From an uncultured Myxococcales bacterium (GTDB lineage Bacteria > Myxococcota_A > Bradymonadia > UBA4248), in contig CAMCLY010000001.1 of NCBI GenBank assembly GCA_945875805.1, positions 197 to 64,196 of the forward strand: a DNA stretch of 64,000 nucleotides, written 5' to 3'. The position numbers were made by a program, and so were the translations under genes. Positions 45,297-52,413 of this stretch are shown here, piece after piece (the first letter of the stretch is position 1; every line of letters begins with the position of its first letter). Under the pieces are notes generated by a model that worked only from the letters and a program-made list of their open reading frames with translations, searched no databases and was not told the DNA's origin.

Positions 45297-46805
45297 GTGA
45301 ACGACACAACGCCCCCCGATCTTAAACAGCTCGCCACGCATTTGGCCACGATTCAGGACGTGGCTCTTCGGACGCACGAAACCCTTGAGCGCACGGCCAT
45401 GCCGCCGATTCTCGAGTTGGAGGCGTCCCTGGTTGGGGCGGGACGCACCCTCGACCTTGAGACGCGCGCGCGCGTGGAGTGGGCCCTTCTTCTTTTTTCG
45501 ACGCCGCGTTATGAAGTGCAGTCCGATTTTCAGACCGAGCTCGGAAAACACATCCACGATGCCGAGACCGCGCTCATCATGCGACAGTTGAGAAGCCGGG
45601 CGCCGCGTCTGTGGAGTTATCGCCGTTCCTATGATCGCGGCTTTGCCCATACCATGGCCGGCCCCCAAAAACACCACGAAATTGCCCTGGACGGGTTTGT
45701 CTATGTCGACGGCACATTTGAGTCCGCCGATCACCTTTATGCGCTTGGCTGGACGCTCTCGTATCACGACAGGATTTTCCTGATATGTGCGGACGTGGTT
45801 TCTCAGGCGCAGGCATTCTCTGTCGAAACCGTGCGTCCGTTCCCCCTCCAGCTCGATGACGACGATTTCTGGGACGAATGCTTTCACGGCATTTTTGATG
45901 TGCTCTATCCGTCGCGTGCGGCGGCAGGACTTGTGCCGCGCCGCGCCAGTCTTCCGTTGCCCGATTCGCCGGAACTCCGCTATGGCCGTTTGCAGCGCAT
46001 CCTGACCCGTGCGCTTTCCCCGGCCGTCGTTCGCAGGAGCCCGTCTCTGCATGAAATCGTTGCCACCGGCAGTCCGCAGGAGATTCTGGCCGCGGTTGAC
46101 AGTCTGATTCAGGTCGACACGGCATCGTCCCCTCTCGACGAACAGGGGCGTGACGTTCTCAGGCGCCGCCTGCTCCAGGCCGTTGGATGTGACGAAACAG
46201 CCCAGATGCCTTGTGCCCATGATGCCATTTTGGCCGCCGATCCCGTTGCCCTGCTCTGTCTCCCCGGCGACCTTCCTCTTTTCAGGGAAATTGCCCCGCG
46301 TGACAGCATCCGCCATGCCCTTTTGTATGACGAGCGCCACGGCTCGCACGAAGCTCTCGACGCCTTTGCCGTTTACCAGCGAGAGCGCCGCTTTCTTGCC
46401 TCCTTCCCGTGTCTCGACGTCGCCTGCGAAGAGCACGCCGCGCGCCTGGGCCTTCCCGCCGACGTCCTGCACCGAATCTTCGATCCCGCCCTCTTTGAGA
46501 CCGTCCTTCCCATCGTTCCGCAGGGCGACGTGTTGCGCCAGCTCCAGTCCAAATTTGGCTTCTATTCTCCCGATCCCCCTGTGTTTAAGGATGCCCTCGA
46601 TGCCGTTGCAAGTCGATCCCTGTCCCGAACCGGCAACATGTCCGCCATCCTTCAGTGGATTTTTACGTGTTGCGAACGCTGGCGCTACTGCCGCTCACAA
46701 ATCGATCCCGATACCGCCTCCACCCAGCGCTCCGTCAATCAGTCCAACCAGAAACTCCTTCATAGAGGTCTTTCCAGACTTGCCGATATGTTCAAAAAGA
46801 ACTGA
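45297..46805 (+). CDS. Hypothetical 502-aa protein immediately downstream of the helicase.
   Basis: The frame is GC3-biased. No recognisable motif was found. It is separated from the helicase by an A+T-rich 130-bp spacer. Confidence 0.5.
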   Translation: MNDTTPPDLKQLATHLATIQDVALRTHETLERTAMPPILELEASLVGAGRTLDLETRARVEWALLLFSTPRYEVQSDFQTELGKHIHDAETALIMRQLRSRAPRLWSYRRSYDRGFAHTMAGPQKHHEIALDGFVYVDGTFESADHLYALGWTLSYHDRIFLICADVVSQAQAFSVETVRPFPLQLDDDDFWDECFHGIFDVLYPSRAAAGLVPRRASLPLPDSPELRYGRLQRILTRALSPAVVRRSPSLHEIVATGSPQEILAAVDSLIQVDTASSPLDEQGRDVLRRRLLQAVGCDETAQMPCAHDAILAADPVALLCLPGDLPLFREIAPRDSIRHALLYDERHGSHEALDAFAVYQRERRFLASFPCLDVACEEHAARLGLPADVLHRIFDPALFETVLPIVPQGDVLRQLQSKFGFYSPDPPVFKDALDAVASRSLSRTGNMSAILQWIFTCCERWRYCRSQIDPDTASTQRSVNQSNQKLLHRGLSRLADMFKKN

Positions 46806-46850
46806 TCTGTTTGTGTGGATCGGACATCCATAGATAATTTTGGGGGGCTC

Positions 46851-46941
46851 GCCTGTTGCCTTTGGCAACACGGCTTTGCGCCGTGCCTATTGCATACGGC
46901 ACGGCCCGGCGCGCTATCGGCCTATGGCCGATACGCGCGCC
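46851..46941. repeat. Three consecutive REP-like hairpins (CCTGTTGCC-ttt-GGCAACACGG; GCCGTGCCTAT-tgc-ATACGGCACGGC; GCGCGCTATCGGCC-tat-GGCCGATACGCGCGC).
   Basis: Read directly. Confidence 0.75.
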
Positions 46942-46973
46942 GGAAAGATTCTGGAGAACGGAGGAGTTGGGGA

Positions 46974-47270
46974 TTAGAGAATGTGTTGGCGTTTGGCCTC
47001 AAAATAGATAAATGGAGCTTCGTTATAAAGTTTGTCAGGGTGATTTTTGTGATTGTCCCAACAGGCGCATCGATGTTCGCAAAAAATGTCATTATTGAGT
47101 TTCAAAAGTTCAATAGTGTTTTCAACTTGCACCTTTATTGTCTCAGGCATTGAAGGGTTCGCAAATACAGAGCCATCTAAAAAGTTGTAATAAAACCAAC
47201 CTGTTTCTATTTTAAAAGGATCGAGTGATGATGCAAATTTTCTCAAAAAGAAATCCAACAGGTTGGACAT
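46974..47270 (-). CDS. Small A+T-rich orphan ORF. The start is uncertain; the ORF track extends it to 47405 via TTG.
   Basis: The 98-aa version starts MSNLLDFFLRKF. It contains CEHRCACWDNHKNH. It lies within an A+T-rich segment of about 450 bp. There is no RBS and no homolog recognised. Confidence 0.3.
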   Translation of the reverse strand: MSNLLDFFLRKFASSLDPFKIETGWFYYNFLDGSVFANPSMPETIKVQVENTIELLKLNNDIFCEHRCACWDNHKNHPDKLYNEAPFIYFEAKRQHIL

Positions 47271-47422
47271 GAAAATAAGACTTAAGTCTCGACGGGGGGA
47301 TTGATGAGCGTAGCGGGGATATGCAAGTTTTGATGACGTGAACTTTAGAACACAGGCTTGAATCATCACGTCTGACGGTAGTGGAAAACGGACTCCAAAA
47401 GACAATGATAAAGACAGAATAC

Positions 47423-48133
47423 TTACAAAAACTTTAATATATCTTCAAAAGTTTGGCATCGCCTCATGCGAGGATGGGGCGGTAACGGGAGATCTTCGTG
47501 GGCCCATGTCATGGTGTGTGGGATGTGAATGGCCCAGCATCCGAGTTGCAATGGCGCGAGGATATCGGAACGGGGCGAGTTTCCAACCATGACAAAATGG
47601 GTGGGATCGATGTGTTCGCGTTCAAAGAAGCGTGCGTAGGTGTCGGCTTCTTTGTCCTGGAGTACGTGGTAGGGAATGGATTGGTCGAGTGGTGAGAGGA
47701 TGAACTTTCGCGTCTGTTCGCCGAGATCGCCTTTGGTGAGGATGCGAATGCGGTACTTTTTTTGGAGTTGGGCCACGGTTTGGGTGACGCCGGGCAACAT
47801 CTGGACGGGACTTTCCATCAGTTGGCGTCCGATGGCGAGTATGGTTTGAATGGCCCGGGCGGGGAGATCAGGGCAGAGCGTGGTGGCGGTCTCGATCATC
47901 GACAGTGTCATCGCTTTGCTGCCGTATCCGAGAAGAGGCATGTTGCGCTCTTCGGTGCGGGCCAAATGGGCGGTGATGTCTTCTTCCGGGCAAAAGCCTG
48001 ACATGAGATCGACAAACGCATGCTCCATGTCCATATAAAAGCGCTCATTTTCCCACAACGTATCGTCGGCATCCAGGCCGATGCACGAGACGTGGGGGAT
48101 TGGGGTGACGACGTCGGTTTGCGATTCGCTCAT
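47423..48133 (-). CDS. HAD-superfamily hydrolase.
   Basis: Motif I is IGLDADDTLW (DxDxT). The protein is 236 aa. Confidence 0.7.
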   Translation of the reverse strand: MSESQTDVVTPIPHVSCIGLDADDTLWENERFYMDMEHAFVDLMSGFCPEEDITAHLARTEERNMPLLGYGSKAMTLSMIETATTLCPDLPARAIQTILAIGRQLMESPVQMLPGVTQTVAQLQKKYRIRILTKGDLGEQTRKFILSPLDQSIPYHVLQDKEADTYARFFEREHIDPTHFVMVGNSPRSDILAPLQLGCWAIHIPHTMTWAHEDLPLPPHPRMRRCQTFEDILKFL

Positions 48134-48214
48134 GGCCGTGCTCCGGGCTCAAAGGTCAAGAATACCCTCGCCATGACCATGGCTTTGGGGCAGAGCGAAC
48201 CCTTTACCATGTAT

Positions 48215-48274
48215 CGATTTGAAATACACCGGCTTGAAATACCCTGGCTTGAAATACACCGGCTTGAAATACAT
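48215..48274. repeat. A 4 x 15-bp direct repeat (YGGCTTGAAATACAC) with a fifth partial unit, in the intergenic region upstream of the HAD hydrolase.
   Basis: The units at 48215, 48230, 48245 and 48260 were read directly. Confidence 0.85.
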
Positions 48275-48486
48275 CGGTGTTTGTGGATATGCGAAGTTGG
48301 GCGCGAGTGGCGCAAGGGACGCGTTTCTCTGAGGGGCGGGGGGGCTTTGTGTGGGGTTCAGGCGGGAGGTTGCGTGTTATCCGATGGCGTCTGGTGCCCT
48401 GCGTGTGGATGGGGGATGTCAAAAAAAAGAACAGGTCACGCGGGAGAAGTTTTTTTTATGGATTTGCATGGGTTGCGGAAAAAAAA

Positions 48487-48559
48487 GCGGCGCGTATCGG
48501 CGGTTGGCCGATAGCGCCGCGCGCATGGCGTATCCGCCCGGAGGGCGGATAGCCTGCGC
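48487..48559. repeat. Tandem pair of REP-like hairpins (GCGCGTATCGGCG-gtt-GGCCGATAGCGCC; GGCGTATCCGCCC-ggag-GGCGGATAGCC).
   Basis: Read directly. Confidence 0.75.
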
Positions 48560-48584
48560 CCAGCTCAACAAATCGGGTGAATGT

Positions 48585-50843
48585 TTACCATGAGACGTCG
48601 ATGGTTTGTGGTTTTGTGATGAAGAGGGCGTGGTTGTCGCCGTCGGGCCACTGGAACTGGCCGTCCTCTGTGATGCGGACGGGTTTGAAGGTGGCGACGG
48701 TGTGGGCGGGGAGGGTGAGCTGGAGTGGGTTGGCGGCGGAGAATCGCGGGGCTTTTTGCGGGTTCCAGAGGCCGAGTTGCGGGAGGGAGCCGGCGAGTGC
48801 GTAGGTGGCGCCGTCGTTGGGGGCGCGGAAGGTGAGGGTGACGGAGGCGTCGCGGAGGATGGGGATGGTGTTTTTGCGCGTGAGGATGCGGATGGCGCGA
48901 GGGGGGAGTGTGAGGGACTGGGAGAGGGTTTGTGCGGTGTCGAGGTCGGTCCATGTGCCGTCTGGGAGGGTGAGGTTGAGGGGGGCGTCGGCCTGTGAGA
49001 TGGCGATGATGGCCTGCTGATCGAGGTATTGCCGGGCGAAGAGGACGTGGGTGGAGGAGAAATCGAGGACGGCGGTGGTGCCGAAGGCCAGGACGGGCCA
49101 TTGGTTTCGGTGTGCGAGGCCGGTTTTGAGGGTTTGCGCGAGTTTTGGGTTGGAGAAATCCATGTCGGCGCGGTTGAAGGGTTCTTTGTCGCCGGGGAGG
49201 GGGACTTCGGTGCCGTAGTAGATGCCGGGGATGCCGCGCCATGCCAGGAGGGTTTTGAGGCCGCGTCGGACGGCGTCGGTGTCGCCCTGGCAGAGGCTCA
49301 GGATGCGAGGCATGTCGTGGTTGTCGAGGAAGGTGACCATGTGGGTGGGATCTTTGTAGAAGCGGTCATTGGCGACGACGGAGGCCAGATTGGCGAGGGG
49401 TTTGTTTTCGCAAAAGACGTCGCGGAGGGCGAAGGCCAGGGGGAAGTCGAACATGTGGGTGAAGTTGCCGTTTTTTTGGATGTCGTCCACTTTTGCGGGG
49501 TCTCCGTCGAAGTACTCGCCCAGGAGGATGGCGTTGGGGTGGCGCTGTCGGAGCTGGGTGTTGAAGGATTTCCAGAAGTCGAGTCGGACGTGTTTGACGG
49601 CGTCGAGTCGGAGGCCCGAGATGTTGGGGAGTGCGAGGTATTTTTGGGCGGCCTGGATGAGGTATTGGGCGACTTCTGGGTTGGACTGGTCGAGGTCGGG
49701 GAGTCCGTGAACCTGTCGGTCGGTGAGCTGGACGGGGTCGTTCCAGTCCTCGATGGTGAGGGCTGGGTGGAACCAGTTGGGTTTTTGTTCGACGAGGGGG
49801 GAGCCGTATCCGACGTGGTTGACGACGAAATCGAGGATGATGCCGATGTGCTGTGACTGGGCGCTTCGGGCCAGGTTGAGGAGATCGTTTTGGGTTCCGA
49901 AATGGGGGTCGATCTGGTTGAGATCGTAGGTCCAGTAAGCGTGGAAGGCGGCGTTTGAGAAGAAGTTTTCGTGGGCGGCGGCGAAGACGGGGGAGAGCCA
50001 GAGCTGGGTGAAGCCGAGGTCGTGGAGGTATGGGAGTTTGGCCTGGATGCCGGCGAGATCGCCGCCGTGCCAGGCGTTGGGATCGGCGGGATTGGTGTCG
50101 AGGTCGTTGTCGGTTTGGGCATTAAAAAAGCGATCTATCAGAATGAAATAGATCGCTTGGGGGGAGGGGGAAGCCCCCCCCGTGAGGGAGGCTTCGGATT
50201 GGACGGGCGGCGTTTGCATGGCGCCGGTTCCCGTGGGCGGCGCCTGTTTTTTGTCGGGCCGGAGGATGCGCCCGGAGAGGAATCGGTCGACGAGGCTTGC
50301 GACCTGACGTTGCAGGTCGGTCAGTACGGATGCGATGGCGTCGTCGCCGGTTTCGTGGGCGTACATGAGCACGGCGGGAATGGTGATGGAATCCGAGATC
50401 GTGGTGTGGGTGACGAGGTCGTAGATCGTGACCTTGGCGTGGACGTTCCATCGGTAGCGCCCGGAGAGTGGGGAATAGAACTCGGTGTTGAGTTCGACGA
50501 GGAGGATGAACTGGGCGTTCTGGGCGACGGGGTTTAATGCCTGGATGCGGCGTTCGGTGTCTCGGATGGATGTGATTTCATTTTGTATGGACGAAAAGGC
50601 GACGGGTGAGACGCCGAGGTTTCGCTGGGTGAGGACGTCGGTAAGGCTGGAGGCGACGTCGTCCTGGATGGGGGCGGTGGTGAGCGCATGCGTGTCGTCG
50701 TGGAGGTAGACGGCGGCGAAGTTGAGGTTATCGGCGTATTTGGGGGTTGGCGTTTGTGAGACGCACGACATGCACAGGAGTGCAACGAGACCCAGGAGTA
50801 GACTGATGAGGGCCGTGTGTAGGGATTTGAGAGAGTGTGACAT
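48585..50843 (-). CDS. Alpha-amylase-family (GH13) lipoprotein with a C-terminal CBM20-like starch-binding domain.
   Basis: The GH13 regions are GLRLDAVKHV, LLGEYFDGD and FLDNHDMPR. The C-terminal LAGSLPQLGLWNPQKA is CBM20-like. The signal is MSHSLKSLHTALISLLLGLVALLCMSC. The ORF-track N-terminal 220-codon extension was rejected. An alternative start lies at 50852. Confidence 0.8.
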   Translation of the reverse strand: MSHSLKSLHTALISLLLGLVALLCMSCVSQTPTPKYADNLNFAAVYLHDDTHALTTAPIQDDVASSLTDVLTQRNLGVSPVAFSSIQNEITSIRDTERRIQALNPVAQNAQFILLVELNTEFYSPLSGRYRWNVHAKVTIYDLVTHTTISDSITIPAVLMYAHETGDDAIASVLTDLQRQVASLVDRFLSGRILRPDKKQAPPTGTGAMQTPPVQSEASLTGGASPSPQAIYFILIDRFFNAQTDNDLDTNPADPNAWHGGDLAGIQAKLPYLHDLGFTQLWLSPVFAAAHENFFSNAAFHAYWTYDLNQIDPHFGTQNDLLNLARSAQSQHIGIILDFVVNHVGYGSPLVEQKPNWFHPALTIEDWNDPVQLTDRQVHGLPDLDQSNPEVAQYLIQAAQKYLALPNISGLRLDAVKHVRLDFWKSFNTQLRQRHPNAILLGEYFDGDPAKVDDIQKNGNFTHMFDFPLAFALRDVFCENKPLANLASVVANDRFYKDPTHMVTFLDNHDMPRILSLCQGDTDAVRRGLKTLLAWRGIPGIYYGTEVPLPGDKEPFNRADMDFSNPKLAQTLKTGLAHRNQWPVLAFGTTAVLDFSSTHVLFARQYLDQQAIIAISQADAPLNLTLPDGTWTDLDTAQTLSQSLTLPPRAIRILTRKNTIPILRDASVTLTFRAPNDGATYALAGSLPQLGLWNPQKAPRFSAANPLQLTLPAHTVATFKPVRITEDGQFQWPDGDNHALFITKPQTIDVSW

Positions 50844-50845
50844 TA

Positions 50846-52396
50846 GAACCATGCCTCCGCTTCGATAGAGATGACGTGATGCCAGTGGCGTTCTTTGAGC
50901 TGACTGAGGGTATCCTGTCCGAAGAACTCGTTGGTGAGGTCGACGGACTCGGTGTTGGAGTTGGGGAAAGCGTCGTGGGCGTTGGAGTATTGGACGCCGT
51001 AGAGGAGTCTGAGAGACGGTCTGGCAAAGATGCCGGTGCCGCCTGGGTTGAGGACGAACCCGATCTTGCCCTGCCAGGTCTGGCGGGTATCGATGTCGCC
51101 GTATTCGAGGCCGAGTGGGTCGGAAGCGCCCTCGGAGGACTGACGGATGGAGCGCGGGCTTTTGCGCCAGAGATTTCCGTTGAGGGAGTGTTCGTGGGCG
51201 TATGACGTTTCGGCGAGGATGTGGACTGTGGGAGTGATGTAGACCTGCCCTCTTGCGAGGACGGAGGCGATGAGGCGGTTTCGCTCGCTGGCGGAGACAT
51301 CGTCGTCGAGGTCGAAGTGGTACCCGAAGAGGGCACCGAGGGTGAGGTCGAAACGGTTTTTGACGATTTCCCAGTTCATCTCGTCGCCGATGTTGAACTG
51401 GTAACGTTCGTCGGTCCATTCCTTGATGTAGATGCGGTAATCGGTGCCGTTGTAAGTTTCGTAGGTGTAACTCTCGGGGTGCTGGCGGAGGAAATTGAGG
51501 AAGAGGTTGTTCCATTTGAGTGGGCCGAGTTTTCCGAATCCGAGGTATCCGACGATTTTGAAGCTGAAGGCGTCGGCTTCGGACGGATGAGGAAATTCGT
51601 CGGCGACGAGGCTGGTCTGAGAGCCGAACTGTCGGGCGAAGGTCTCGACGACGTCTTGGAGGATGAAGTTTTTGTAGGAGACGTTGGCGTTATTATCGAA
51701 CTTCGTCTGGTGGGGGCCGTTTTCGCTTCCCTTGACGGAGGGTTCATAGAAGAACTCGGCGCCGAGCCCGAACTCGACGTGGTCGGAGGGACGGATGCGC
51801 GTGGCGGCACCAAACGTCAGGATGGTGTTGTACCCGTGTTGTTTTTTGAGGTACCCGGAGTCGCCGATACCGATGAGCACGTCGGCGTATTTGTTGGACC
51901 ATGTGGCGGAGACGCCGATGGTGTCGTAGAATATCTCGGCGAGTTTCATGTCGTAGAGACCGAGATCGCCGAAGTAGTAATCGAGGGTGCCGACCTGCCA
52001 GGTGACATCCTGAATGAGGACGTTTCCGGCTTTGACGTAGAGCTGGGTGAGGGCGAAGTTTCCGAGGGAACCGTTGAGGAGATCCGCGGCGTGTGCGGAT
52101 CCGCCCTCGACTTTGGCGTGCAGGCTGGTCCAGACTTCGTTGGTTCCGGGAGAAGCCTTGATGAGCTGGAGCCGCATTTCGAGGGCGGCCCACTGAGTCT
52201 CATTGAGGAGCCGGCCGGAGATGTTCCACAGACCGAGCTGGGATTTTCCGCCCTGAAAATCGGGTCTTGCGGCGATGCGGAAGTACCCGCCGGCGGAGAA
52301 GCGATCGTCGTCGGCCATCGCGGGTTGGGCAAAGCAGGCGGCAAAAATCGCAAAGGTGGCCAGAAAGGCCAGTAAACGGCGCAAATGTGGCTGCAT
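50846..52396 (-). CDS. Outer-membrane beta-barrel protein and putative maltodextrin porin.
   Basis: The signal is MQPHLRRLLAFLATFAIFAACFAQPAMA. Alternating amphipathic strands are present. The C-terminus ...ISIEAEAWF ends in Phe, which is an OMP signature. It is flanked by amylase and pullulanase genes. Confidence 0.5.
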
Positions 52397-52413
52397 GAAC
52401 GTGCCTCGCAAAG

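Noticed and set aside
37336-48274. Possible CRISPR arrays at the tandem-repeat loci (37336, 41011, 48215, 61267).
   Set aside because: The repeat units are contiguous with no unique spacers. Three of the four are in-frame coding. No cas genes are present. They are simple tandem repeats.
48585-51515. A 976-aa version of the amylase ORF starting at 51515.
   Set aside because: The first roughly 220 codons are Arg/Pro-rich and overlap the beta-barrel gene in another frame. The lipoprotein signal (MSHSLKSLHTALISLLLGLVALLCMSC) with GGAGG upstream marks the real start at 50843/50852.
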